Virus record (IMG/VR): IMGVR_UViG_2671181050_000002
DNA: 12,542 nt
Source of the DNA: a virus
Lineage: Duplodnaviria; Heunggongvirae; Uroviricota; Caudoviricetes
Reading direction: 5' to 3' (one strand)
Part shown: in pieces, positions 1 to 8,673 of the stretch
How positions within the stretch are numbered: the first letter of the stretch is position 1
How the letters are laid out: every line of letters starts with the position of its first letter
Notes under the pieces: generated by a model
What the model saw: the letters and a program-made list of their open reading frames with translations, nothing else
The model's database searches: none
Told to the model about the DNA's origin: nothing
Program-made: the position numbers and the translations under genes

Positions 1-101
1 AGGCGGAATATATGCGTCACCTTCACCAATAAATTCATTAGTTCCGGCCAGCAGATTATAAATTTTTATGGTCCGTGCTTGTTCACTCATTCTGAATGCC
101 A
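1..101 (-). CDS. tfa: Tail fibre assembly protein Tfa, 5' end only (gene continues beyond window start)
   Basis: Minus-strand translation from ATG at 101-99 gives [34 protein letters not shown], matching the lambda Tfa N-terminus as recalled; the ATG overlaps the upstream stop (TAATG). Confidence 0.8.
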
Positions 102-2198
102 TTATGCAAGCCTCACAATATAGTTAAATGCGATGTTTTTGACGGTGTTTTCCGCGTTACCCGCAGCGTTAACGGTGATGGTGTGTCCATGTGAGCCAAT
201 CGCAACGGAGTGCGTATGAGCACCAATACCGACAGTATGTGCATGTGCGCCTGCGCTTGCAGCAGTGCCGGACAGCGAGTGGGTATGAGCACCATCTGAT
301 GATGTCTTCCCTGCATTACGAGTCTGGCCACTACCGCTTGTTGTGCTCATAATCCCCGCGCTTGGATTTGAAATCGCGGTATAACCATTAGGGAAAATGC
401 TCGTGTTCGTGCCACCAAATGCACCGGAACTCTTGTGTTGGTGCGCGCCGGCACTATTTGCGGTCCCGCTAATACTATGGGTATGCGCCCCGGTGTTATT
501 CGTGGATTTGGTTCCGTAATCAAACGACGATGTGGTTTTCGTCCCCAAATCCGTACTGGATGCGCTGGCGCTGTGGGTGTGCGATTTAATGCCGTCCTGT
601 TCCTGAGACAATACGGCGCGACCACTGGCAGGTTTGCCCTTAATCGTCCAGCCACGCATATCAGGGATCACGCCTGACGGATAAGCGGCTGCAAGTTTCG
701 GGTATGCAGATTTGTCAAAAGTCTGCCCCTGCATCAGGGCATAACCAGACGGAACGGTATCTGATGGCCACGGGATTGGTGCGCCGACTGGGTAGCTTTC
801 TGGTGGAAGATTTTTCGAGGTATAAACTTCTGCCCAGTCTTCCTCAAAACCATAGCCATCTCTTGAGGAACGGTAGAACAGACCTCCATTTCTGTAATGT
901 GCCTTCACCCCCTTCACCACCTTCGGCGTGTCCCAGCGCGCCAGCACCTGATATTCCCCGCTGTCTGCGGTGACTTCGGCAGTCAGGTGCTGCACCGCTG
1001 GCGGCGTGACATCATTCACCGTGCCGCTCTGGTCGCCGTCAAAGTGCGCCCCGTTATCCACGATGGCTTCTTTTTCCGGTACATGCTGCACGGCAGTGAT
1101 GGCATACGTGCCGTCATCGTTCTCACGGATACTCACACAGCGGAACAGGCGCTGACGCAACGTCGGCAACTTCAGCCCCCACACACTGTATTCTGCAACG
1201 CCGTCAGGAACCCGGTTCACTTTCACCTTAAGTCCGTCGGTGACGGACTGAACCTCCACGCTGACCGGACTCCCCTGCCCGTCAACCAGGCTTATCAGCG
1301 TGGTGCCGGAAGATGGCAGCGTGATTTCACGGTCGAGCGTCAGCGTCCGGGTCTGGCTGTTCACCGCCAGCACGCGACCACCGGTGCTGATACCGGCATA
1401 GTCATCATCGCAGATTTCAATGACATCGCCCGGTACATGGCGAAGCCCTTCAGCACCCACGCTGAAATCCACGGTCTGCGTCTCCAGCAGTTCCGTTTTA
1501 ATCAGCCACAGCCCGGCGCGGTGTGCCTGCCCCCGGCTGGTACAGCCAAAGGCATCCATCTTCGTGACATTACGACCGTAACGGGCAATGGCCTGCGTAT
1601 CTTCAACAAGCTCTGTCGCCGTCTCCCAGCCGTTGTTCGGGTCAATCCAGTTCACCTCAACGGCATTATGGCGGTCCTTCAGGGCGCTGAAGCTGTAGCG
1701 GAACGGCGCGCCATCATCCGGCATCACCACATTACTGCGGTTATAGGTCCACACCTTATCTGATGGTCGGTCCTGCACGAACGTCAGCGTCTGCCCGTTC
1801 CATACCGGCATACAGCGCATCGCCGAGCAGAAATCACTGAGCACATCCCACGCCTTACGCTGTGTGGTCAGCCAGGCATTACAGGTGATGCGCGGCTCCG
1901 TGCCGCCAAAACCATTCGGTACCAACTGGTCGCAGTACTGGCCGATGACATACAGCGTCCATTTATCCACATCTGCTGCACCAAGACGTTTCCCCATGCC
2001 GTAGCGCGGATGGGTCAGCATATCCCACAGACACCAGGCCATGTTGTTGCTGTATGCTGGCTTAAACGTTCCATCCCAGATACCGCTGTATTGCCGCGTC
2101 TGCGGGTTATAGTTCGACGGCACCTGCAGAATGCGCCCGCGCAGATGATAATTACGGCTCACCTGCTGGCTGCCGAACTGCTCCGAGTCCACCTGCAC
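102..2198 (-). pseudogene. Chimeric tail-fibre remnant: central part of host-specificity protein J (ORF aa 1-431) fused in frame to the C-terminal ~265 aa of side tail fibre Stf (GAHTHS His-box repeats, ends [11 protein letters not shown])
   Basis: 698-aa ORF from the six-frame track. Its N-terminal part ([41 protein letters not shown] ... [12 protein letters not shown]) matches the middle of lambda J as recalled; after residue ~431 it switches to Stf-like C-terminal sequence. The first codon is GTG in the middle of J sequence with no ribosome-binding site, and the upstream A fragment is in another frame. Confidence 0.7.
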
Positions 2199-3088
2199 GC
2201 CGACCAGTGCCGTGTTCGGGTATCCCCTTTCGTCTTCATCCAGTCTTTGACAATCTGCACCCAGGTGGTGAACGGGCTGTACGCCGTCCAGATGTGAAAG
2301 GTCACACTGTCCGGCGGCTCAATCTCTTCACCGGATGACGAAAACCAGAGAATGCCATCACGGGTCCAGATCCCGGTCTTTTCGCAGATATAACGGGCAT
2401 CAGTAAAGTCCAGCTCCTGCTGGCGGATGACGCAGGCATTATGCTCGCAGAGATAAAACACGCTGGAGGGGTCATCCGGCGTCCATTTGAGGCCAAACGG
2501 CGTCTCTTTGTCGCCAAATTTAAGATACTGCTCCTCCCCGCAGTGCGGGCAGGCAACATGAAAACGCATAAAATGCGGGGATTCACTGGCTGCACGCTCA
2601 ATCTGGCAGGTGCCTCTCACTTTGGGCGTGGAGCCACGGATGGACTTTGGCCAGACCGAGCCTTCAATACGCTTGTCACCCAGGAACGTCGGAGAGCCTT
2701 CCTGTTCAATATCATCATCAAAAGCAGCAAGTTCATCATAACCCGCCACATCCACCGACTTTTCACGGTAGTTTTTTGCCGCTTTACCGCCCAGGCACCA
2801 GAAGCCACGCCCATTAGTGAAACGCTTCATGGTGAGCGTGTTATCCCGGTGCTTTTTGCCATACCACGGGGCCAGCGCCAGCAGCGACGGAATATCACGA
2901 ATAGTCGGCTCAACGTGGGTTTTCATAAAGTTCTCGGCATCACCATCCGTCGGCAACCAGATAAGGGTGTTGCGCTGCTTATGCTCTATGAAGTAGGCAT
3001 AAACACCCAGCAGCATTTTGGAATAACCAACACGGGCAGACTTCACCACATTCACCTCGCGGATGTAGTCACTGCCCATCGCATTCAT
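2159..3088 (-). pseudogene. A: Terminase large subunit (gpA) internal fragment, lacking the N-terminal ~65 aa and the entire C-terminal half
   Basis: Translation (…)[67 protein letters not shown] ... [15 protein letters not shown] matches lambda gpA as recalled, then 19 out-of-frame codons derived from J sequence before the stop at 2159. An internal ATG at 3088 is the only possible start. Confidence 0.8.
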
Positions 3089-3201
3089 GATGGCCCGCTG
3101 CCACCTCCGGAGACGCAAGGGAGTCCCTGAGACTGCCAGCGTTCAATCGTTCGCGGATCCACGTTGAAAATTTCGGCAAGTTTCTTTTTATTAACCTTCA
3201 T
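3085..3201 (-). pseudogene. Terminase small subunit (Nu1-like) N-terminal stub, 38 codons
   Basis: ATG at 3201 gives [38 protein letters not shown], resembling the Nu1 N-terminal HTH region (lambda MEVNKKQLADIFGASIRTIQNWQEQGMP...). The reading frame runs into gpA-derived sequence at about 3097-3100 and stops at 3085. Confidence 0.6.
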
Positions 3202-3225
3202 GAAACAGTCTCACAACAAACACAG

Positions 3226-3337
3226 GGTCCGACATGAAAGTGCCCGAAAATGACTTTTTTAGGCGTTTTCATGTCGGACCTTTTACGGATTCGATATTAG
3301 AAAAAACAAATAGTTATGTTCGAGAAGTACCGACATG
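3226..3337 (-). other. cosB-like region: three R-site-like repeats CATGTCGG(A/T)AC at 3226-3236, 3270-3280 (inverted) and 3327-3337
   Basis: The three 11-mers were read directly; they lie between the cosN-like site and the Nu1 start in the same R3/R2(inverted)/R1 arrangement as lambda cosB, but with a different repeat sequence. Confidence 0.55.
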
Positions 3338-3344
3338 ATTTTCC

Positions 3345-3420
3345 CCGGAAAATTTTCATAAATAGCGAAAACCCGCGCGCCTTCCGCCCCGTAACCTGTC
3401 GGATCGCCGGAAAGGACCCG
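3345..3420 (-). other. cosN/cosQ-like terminase nicking region
   Basis: Minus strand reads CCGACAGGTTACG GGGCGGAAGGCG CGCGGGTTTTCGCTATTTATGAAAATTTTCCGG. The flanks match the lambda cos sequence as recalled (…ACAGGTTACG GGGCGGCGACCT CGCGGGTTTTCGCTATTTATGAAAATTTTCCGG), but the central 6 nt of the 12-nt cohesive-end core (3378-3389) differ. Confidence 0.65.
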
Positions 3421-3588
3421 CAAAATGATAATAATTATCATCTACATGTCACAACGTGCATCTACGCCATCAAACCACGTCAAATAATCAATTATGACGC
3501 AGGTATCGTATTAATTGATCTGCATCAACTTAACGTAAAAACAACTTCAGACAATACAAATCAGCGACACTGAATACGGGGCAACCTC

Positions 3589-3822
3589 ATGTCAACGAAG
3601 AACAGAACCCGCAGAACAACAACCCGCAACATCCGCTTTCCTAACCAAATGATTGAACAAATTAACATCGCTCTTGAGCAAAAAGGGTCCGGGAATTTCT
3701 CAGCCTGGGTCATTGAAGCCTGCCGCCGGAGACTGTGCTCAGAAAAAAGAGTTTCGCCTGAAGCAAACAAAGAAAAGAGTGACATTACTGAATTGCTCAG
3801 AAAACAGGTTAGACCAGATTGA
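3589..3822 (+). CDS. Small basic protein (77 aa) with a ribbon-helix-helix-like N-terminal segment, possibly the DUF3950/YlcI-YnfO family
   Basis: ORF MSTKNRTRRTTTRNIRFPNQMIEQINIALEQKGSGNFSAWVIEACRRRL... has a beta-strand / helix / helix pattern typical of Arc/CopG-type RHH proteins. The corresponding DNA is conserved in the lambda right arm next to cos (recalled). Family name is from memory. Confidence 0.5.
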   Translation: MSTKNRTRRTTTRNIRFPNQMIEQINIALEQKGSGNFSAWVIEACRRRLCSEKRVSPEANKEKSDITELLRKQVRPD

Positions 3823-3879
3823 AGCAATTTAGATAATCGTGCAGACTACGCCCCCTCATATCACATGGAAGGTACTACA

Positions 3880-4290
3880 ATGGCTCAGGTTGCCATTTTT
3901 AAACAAATATTCGATAAAGTGCGAAATAATTTAAACTATCACTGGTTTTATTCTGAACTAAAACGTCACAATGTCTCACATTACATTTACTATTTAGCCA
4001 CAGAGAATATTCATCTTGTTCTTGAAAACGATAATACGGTTTTAATAAAAGGACAGGGTAAGGTTGTAAATGTAAGATTTTCAAAAAATAAATGCCTTAT
4101 AGAAGCCACCTTAAAAGGATTCAAATCAGGAGAGTTATCATTTTACGAATACAGGAAAAATCTTGCTACAGCAGGGGTTTTCAGATGGATTACAAATATC
4201 CACGAAAACAAAAGGTATTACTATACCTTTGATAATTCATTACTCTTTACTGAGAACATTCAGAACACTACACAAATATTTCCGCACTAA
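3880..4290 (+). CDS. AT-rich hypothetical protein (136 aa from MAQVAIF), conserved lambda right-arm ORF
   Basis: ORF intact; a recalled lambda right-arm ORF translates to a related protein (about 75 percent identity by eye) with the reading frame preserved, which suggests a real gene. Followed by hairpin GTCCGGTT-N13-AACCGGAC at 4301-4329. Confidence 0.5.
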   Translation: MAQVAIFKQIFDKVRNNLNYHWFYSELKRHNVSHYIYYLATENIHLVLENDNTVLIKGQGKVVNVRFSKNKCLIEATLKGFKSGELSFYEYRKNLATAGVFRWITNIHENKRYYYTFDNSLLFTENIQNTTQIFPH

Positions 4291-4878
4291 ATCATAACGT
4301 CCGGTTTCTTCCGTGCCAGAACCGGACTCGCTGGCATGATGAAATATGTGTACCCGGTAACCCCGGTGTGCATCGTTTTTGATTATTCCCGCACACTCGC
4401 GCAGAAGGAGTTCCCCGTCGGGCTACGGTCTCTGTTAATACGGGAATACGGCGACGATACAGCGCATGATGTGTCAGGCTTGAATGCCTTTATCCTTTAA
4501 AAGGGATATCAGTTAAGTTATCCCGTGTAGGGTATAAGCCATTATCAAAGCCACTCTGTAGGGAATGGCTTTTGTGATGGCATCACTTACTCTTTACGCT
4601 GCTATCCCACTCATCCCGGAATTTTGATGGGTTATTGAAACCTTCTGCTGACATAACAACTCCTTCAATGTTTGGCTGAAATTAGGATGTCTTTCCATCA
4701 GTCCGCCACCACAAAGAATCTTTTTTGCCATAAGGCAGGAGGTTCATCTTTCAGTGGCTGCCGGTGTTATTTCCCCACTTACTGGCTTGGGTTGTTTCGT
4801 GGTACTGCCGTTAACTGGTGGCCCAGAATAAATTCCGGTTTCATTATCAAGCCCACCCGTAAATGGGCTTTGTAATGG

Positions 4879-5148
4879 CTACTTCACTTTTGCTTTTGCT
4901 TTTGCTTCCGCTCGCTTACGCCGGCGCTCTTCTTTCCTCTCGGCTTTTGCCATGTCCATGAATGCCTGCATGATCGAGTTCCGCATCATGTAGCTAACAA
5001 AGTGATGATTGACACAGCCGTTGAGGCGCAGCTGCTCGCCAAACTCATCCACCGAGGCCAATGCTTCCATCATGCCCTTCTCGCCTTTCATGAACTCTGA
5101 GAAGTCGCGCCCCGCTCTGGAGGCGCATTCAATGACACGATCACTCAT
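4879..5148 (-). CDS. Hypothetical protein (89 aa) with a Lys/Arg-rich C-terminal tail
   Basis: ORF MSDRVIECASRAGRDFSEF...KAERKEERRRKRAEAKAKAKVK; its ATG overlaps the stop of the upstream KilA-N ORF (ATGA), suggesting translational coupling. No homolog recognised. Confidence 0.4.
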   Translation of the reverse strand: MSDRVIECASRAGRDFSEFMKGEKGMMEALASVDEFGEQLRLNGCVNHHFVSYMMRNSIMQAFMDMAKAERKEERRRKRAEAKAKAKVK

Positions 5149-5641
5149 CCCGGAAGCCCGGGGATCGTAATCTGCAGCTGGTTAGCCAGGGAGTTAATCT
5201 CAGCGACCAACACTGGCTTCGTATAGCGCCATGCTGCCAGCCCTTGTCCGCAGAAGCTCGCCATGTCTTTCTTCTGGTCAAACTCATGACATTTCATGTT
5301 GAGCTGCGCACTTAAGCTGTTGCGATGCTGAAGTTCTCCGGTGAAGTAGTCATCGAGGACTTTATAGGCCGCGTACTTGAACCCGGGGTTTAACCAAGCC
5401 GCATAATCGTAAGCAACAAACTTCCCGCCATATGTTCCACCGTGTACACCGCGCTCAGTAAAAACCACAGATTCGTGGTTTTTCTCCAGCTCGGCTAAGA
5501 ACTCTTTGGTCTGCTTGTTTCGCAGGTAGTGGTAAGGCGATTCAGATTCACTTTTACCACTGGCTTTCCACATACAGTGAGGCAGATCATGCCATCTTCA
5601 CCGATACGAATTGGTTGATTGAAGAGGGTTAATGATTTCAT
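5145..5641 (-). pseudogene. KilA-N domain protein with an apparent -1 frameshift near 5571-5576; intact downstream ORF is 5145..5573 (142 aa)
   Basis: The 142-aa ORF contains KilA-N/APSES-like motifs (SPYHYLRNKQTKEFLAELEK ... GGTYGGKFVAYDYAAWLNPGF). The expected N-terminal strand MKSLTLFNQPIRIGEDGMICLT is encoded from ATG 5641 in a different frame and stops after 47 codons. Confidence 0.5.
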
Positions 5642-5756
5642 AGCGTGTACCTACTCTTTGAAATGAACCTTTGCCGCACAGGAAACCAGCCCACCGAGGC
5701 TCGCCAGCACTAACTGGTATCCTCAAAGGCCCATTCCAAAGGGGCAGGTTCGGTGT

Positions 5757-5810
5757 AAAAAACATGCGTTGCGGTACGCATTTATTGCAAAAAGCCCCGC
5801 ATCGCGAGGC
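5757..5810 (-). terminator. Two tandem intrinsic-terminator-like hairpins downstream of Rz
   Basis: Minus-strand hairpin 5794-5810 (GCCTCGC/GCGGGGC with a G-U pair) followed by TTTTTG, and hairpin 5764-5781 (ATGCGT-N6-ACGCAT) followed by GTTTTTT. Confidence 0.5.
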
Positions 5811-5842
5811 TCATTAAATGGACTTTGTGATTTGCAAAAAAA

Positions 5843-6301
5843 TTATTTCAGGCATTGCGTCCTGATGTATTCCTGCAGGTAGTTAACCTGCGCGGTTATC
5901 TTGTCGATTCCACTTCGGAGACGGTAATAATTGAGTTCAGCATCTGCTGTAAGTCCTGGGCTTTCTCCATCGCCCATGCCGCTGGCTCCGGTCGTTGACT
6001 TTGCACAGGTGGCGGCGACTTGCAGGCGCTTACGCCCAGCAGAAACATCAGCACGGAGACTTTCGATAGTCGCGTTAGCATCAGCAAGCTCCTTTGTGTA
6101 TCTTGCGTCGAGTTCTGCTACATCACGTTGACGCTTCCGCATGTCAGCGATGGTGGCGTTCGCCTTCTCCAGTTCTCTGGCATTTTTGTCGCGCTGGGCT
6201 TTGTAGGTAATGGCGTTATCACGGTAATGATTAACAGCCCATGACAGGCAGACGATGATGCAGATAACCAGAGCGGAGATAATCGCGGTTACTCTGTTCA
6301 T
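5843..6301 (-). CDS. rzpD: Spanin inner-membrane subunit Rz
   Basis: [45 protein letters not shown]... has an N-terminal TM helix and coiled-coil region typical of Rz. The ATG at 6301 overlaps the endolysin stop (ATGA). Confidence 0.8.
   Translation of the reverse strand: MNRVTAIISALVICIIVCLSWAVNHYRDNAITYKAQRDKNARELEKANATIADMRKRQRDVAELDARYTKELADANATIESLRADVSAGRKRLQVAATCAKSTTGASGMGDGESPGLTADAELNYYRLRSGIDKITAQVNYLQEYIRTQCLK
5896..6087 (-). CDS. rzoD: Spanin outer-membrane lipoprotein Rz1, nested in the +1 frame of Rz
   Basis: ORF wholly inside Rz in another frame; signal peptide ending in a lipobox-like LLGVSAC followed by a Pro-rich mature part ([16 protein letters not shown]...). Exact start (M1 or M3) uncertain. 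Confidence 0.65.
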   Translation of the reverse strand: MLMLTRLSKVSVLMFLLGVSACKSPPPVQSQRPEPAAWAMEKAQDLQQMLNSIITVSEVESTR

Positions 6302-6795
6302 TGCTGACCCCACAAACAGATTTCACGCTCAATCTCACGACGAGTCATGAGACCTTTCCATTGCTTACCGCCAGCATATGTCCAGCGACGTAGCTGATCA
6401 CATGCGCCTTTGATATCGCCCTGGTTTATTTTGCGAAGAAGTGTCGATGTTCTGAAATTGCCAGCGCCCACGTTGTAAACGAACGAGTAAAGAGCGCCGC
6501 GCGTTGTTTCCGGTATATCAACTTTTATGTACGGGTTAATTTGTCTGGCGACCGTGGCAAGGTCTTTATTCAGGAGGGCTTTGCATTCTGCTTTGGTATA
6601 CGTTTTACCGAGCATGATGTCTTTTCCTGTATGCCCGTGACATACAGTCCATACACCAACAATATCTTTGTATGGTATGTAGCTGACACCTTCCAGACCA
6701 TCGTTACCACTTGGGCCAGTGATTAACACTGATGCTATAGCAATTGCTCCGCCACCAATAGCAGCAGCAACGGCTTTTCGTAATGATGGAGGCAT
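6298..6795 (-). CDS. rrrD: SAR endolysin (lysozyme R, phage 21 type)
   Basis: 165 aa, N-terminal Gly/Ala-rich signal-anchor-release segment ([20 protein letters not shown]) followed by a T4-lysozyme-like catalytic region; matches the R21/RrrD sequence as recalled. Confidence 0.85.
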   Translation of the reverse strand: MPPSLRKAVAAAIGGGAIAIASVLITGPSGNDGLEGVSYIPYKDIVGVWTVCHGHTGKDIMLGKTYTKAECKALLNKDLATVARQINPYIKVDIPETTRGALYSFVYNVGAGNFRTSTLLRKINQGDIKGACDQLRRWTYAGGKQWKGLMTRREIEREICLWGQQ

Positions 6796-7010
6796 TATTC
6801 ACCTCTCGCAGCCTTGCGCTTATCTTCTTTAATCTTGAAATAAAGGTTTGTCAGGTACGTCAGCAGGCCAAATACCAGGCTACCCAGCACACCTATTGCT
6901 GCCCACTGTGAGGGCGTGACTTTATCGAGCAGCTGTAAAAACCAGTACCCGGCACTACCTGCTGAGGTGCCATAGGCGACACCCGTTGTTAACTTATCCA
7001 TGGATTTCAT
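6795..7010 (-). CDS. essD: Pinholin S (phage 21 type) with dual-start motif MKSM
   Basis: 71 aa, [71 protein letters not shown], two TM helices; stop overlaps the endolysin start by 1 nt (TGATG); GAGGTG upstream of the start. Confidence 0.85.
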
Positions 7011-7119
7011 AACCCCACCTCGCAGACAAAGCGGGTGTAAATTGAGGGAATACTACGAAACGTAACAGACTCGGAGTCAGTGAATAACTCAGGTATTGGG
7101 TTATCAGCTAATATCGAGA

Positions 7120-7155
7120 CTCAAAAAATGGAAAAACCCGCTCGACGGCGGGTTT
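7120..7155 (-). terminator. Intrinsic terminator upstream of the lysis cassette (tR'-like position)
   Basis: Hairpin AAACCCGC-N6-GCGGGTTT (7134-7155) followed on the minus strand by TTCCATTTTTTGAG. Confidence 0.5.
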
Positions 7156-7583
7156 AAGCTGTGTGACGAAGTAACCACTCTTAACAGCATAACCAATTTT
7201 TTACGTACGTAAACCACTAAATGATATTTGCGAGAATGCTACCGAGTATTGAAAACACCACTACAAATACATAAGCAAATCTCAACAAATAACCAACAAA
7301 TAATTTCCAGCGTTATTTTTAGTCAATTTAAATTGAACCTTCAAATTATAGAGCACTTATAAATAACAGCCATTAATATAAATTGGCTAATAGATTTATT
7401 TTTATTCAGTCAAGAGCCATGAATAGGATTCGATAGAAAAAAGTTCAGATAAAAATAGAGATCTACTTCACAAATCAAACGAGAAACCAAAACTTACATC
7501 TTGAAATATTCACATTGATTAGATGAATATTTATCGCGCAGTGACATCATTTTTTAATAATAGTTCAAAAAAAAGGGCTCACG

Positions 7584-8666
7584 ATGAAAAAATTAACAGT
7601 GGCAATTTCTGCTGTAGCTGCATCAGTACTGATGGCGATGTCTGCTCAGGCAGCTGAAATTTATAATAAAGACAGTAACAAGCTGGATCTGTACGGGAAA
7701 GTTAATGCTAAGCACTACTTCTCCTCTAATGATGCAGATGATGGTGATACTACTTATGCCCGTCTTGGCTTCAAAGGTGAAACCCAAATCAACGATCAAC
7801 TGACTGGTTTCGGTCAGTGGGAATATGAATTCAAAGGCAACCGCGCTGAATCTCAAGGTTCCTCCAAAGATAAAACCCGTCTTGCCTTCGCTGGCCTGAA
7901 ATTCGGTGACTACGGCTCCATCGATTACGGCCGTAACTACGGTGTAGCATACGACATCGGTGCATGGACCGACGTTCTGCCAGAATTCGGTGGCGATACC
8001 TGGACCCAAACAGATGTATTCATGACTGGTCGCACCACAGGTGTTGCAACTTATCGTAACAACGACTTCTTTGGTCTGGTTGATGGCCTGAACTTTGCAG
8101 CTCAGTATCAGGGCAAAAATGACCGAAATGAAGTAACTGAAGCTAATGGCGATGGTTTCGGTTTCTCAACTACTTATGAGTATGAAGGATTCGGCGTGGG
8201 TGCAACCTATGCTAAATCTGATCGCACTAATAATCAGGTTATCTACGGTAACAACGGTCTGAATGCTTCTGGTCAAAATGCTGAAGTATGGGCAGCTGGT
8301 CTGAAATATGATGCGAACAACATCTATCTGGCCACCACCTATTCTGAAACCCAGAACATGACTGTTTTTGGTAATAACCATATTGCCAACAAAGCACAAA
8401 ACTTCGAAGCTGTTGCACAATATCAGTTCGACTTCGGCCTGCGTCCATCCGTTGCTTACCTGCATTCTAAAGGAAAAGACTTGGGTGTTTGGGGTGATCA
8501 GGACCTGGTTGAATATGTTGATGTAGGTGCAACCTATTACTTCAACAAAAATATGTCCACTTTTGTTGACTACAAAATCAACCTGATTGATAAGAGCGAT
8601 TTCACGAAAGCATCTGGCGTTGCTACCGATGATATCGTTGCTGTAGGTATGGTTTACCAGTTCTAA
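7584..8666 (+). CDS. nmpC: Outer-membrane porin, NmpC/OmpD-like (OmpC/OmpF/PhoE family), apparently intact
   Basis: 360 aa; signal peptide [23 protein letters not shown] then AEIYNKD...; C-terminal VGMVYQF typical of general porins; closely matches DLP12 NmpC as recalled. Confidence 0.85.
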   Translation: MKKLTVAISAVAASVLMAMSAQAAEIYNKDSNKLDLYGKVNAKHYFSSNDADDGDTTYARLGFKGETQINDQLTGFGQWEYEFKGNRAESQGSSKDKTRLAFAGLKFGDYGSIDYGRNYGVAYDIGAWTDVLPEFGGDTWTQTDVFMTGRTTGVATYRNNDFFGLVDGLNFAAQYQGKNDRNEVTEANGDGFGFSTTYEYEGFGVGATYAKSDRTNNQVIYGNNGLNASGQNAEVWAAGLKYDANNIYLATTYSETQNMTVFGNNHIANKAQNFEAVAQYQFDFGLRPSVAYLHSKGKDLGVWGDQDLVEYVDVGATYYFNKNMSTFVDYKINLIDKSDFTKASGVATDDIVAVGMVYQF

Positions 8667-8673
8667 TTTGATT

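Noticed and set aside
435-2297. Plus-strand ORFs 435-677, 704-973, 897-1763, 970-1155, 2010-2297 and minus-strand ORFs 113-331, 347-655
   Set aside because: They lie antisense to or out of frame within the GC-rich J/stf and terminase sequence, have no RBS and low-complexity Arg/Pro-rich translations; judged to be shadow ORFs.
3118-3118. ORF-track start of the terminase A fragment at 3118 (MRLRRWQ...)
   Set aside because: That codon is TTG inside Nu1-derived sequence read in the A frame; the true Nu1 frame starts at ATG 3201 and the only plausible A-fragment start is the internal ATG at 3088.
2302-3130. ORFs 2441-3130 (+), 2302-2601 (-), 2617-2814 (-)
   Set aside because: Antisense or alternate frame within the terminase A fragment; no independent support.
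4672-4875. Plus-strand 67-aa ORF (MAEIRMSFHQSATTKNLFCHKAGG...)
   Set aside because: No RBS, Cys/Trp-rich atypical composition, no recognisable similarity; likely spurious. Also checked this region for a bor lipoprotein gene and found none.
4887-4908. Short tandem repeat (TTTTGC)x3
   Set aside because: It is the coding sequence for the AKAKAK tail of the 89-aa ORF on the minus strand, not a CRISPR or regulatory repeat.
5896-6244. Plus-strand ORFs 5931-6131 and 6020-6244; minus-strand ORF 6541-6726 (+) within the endolysin gene
   Set aside because: Antisense shadows of Rz and R; only the nested minus-strand Rz1 frame (5896-6087) has the signal peptide and lipobox expected of a real embedded gene.
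7011-7583. AT-rich 570-bp intergenic region examined for tRNA genes, IS ends or a small protein gene
   Set aside because: No cloverleaf-compatible sequence, no terminal inverted repeats and only very short ORFs (17 codons or fewer); most simply the nmpC promoter/leader plus the upstream terminator of the lysis operon.
7623-8465. Minus-strand ORFs 7623-8009, 8166-8465, 8239-8448
   Set aside because: Antisense to the well-supported porin gene; no RBS or family similarity.
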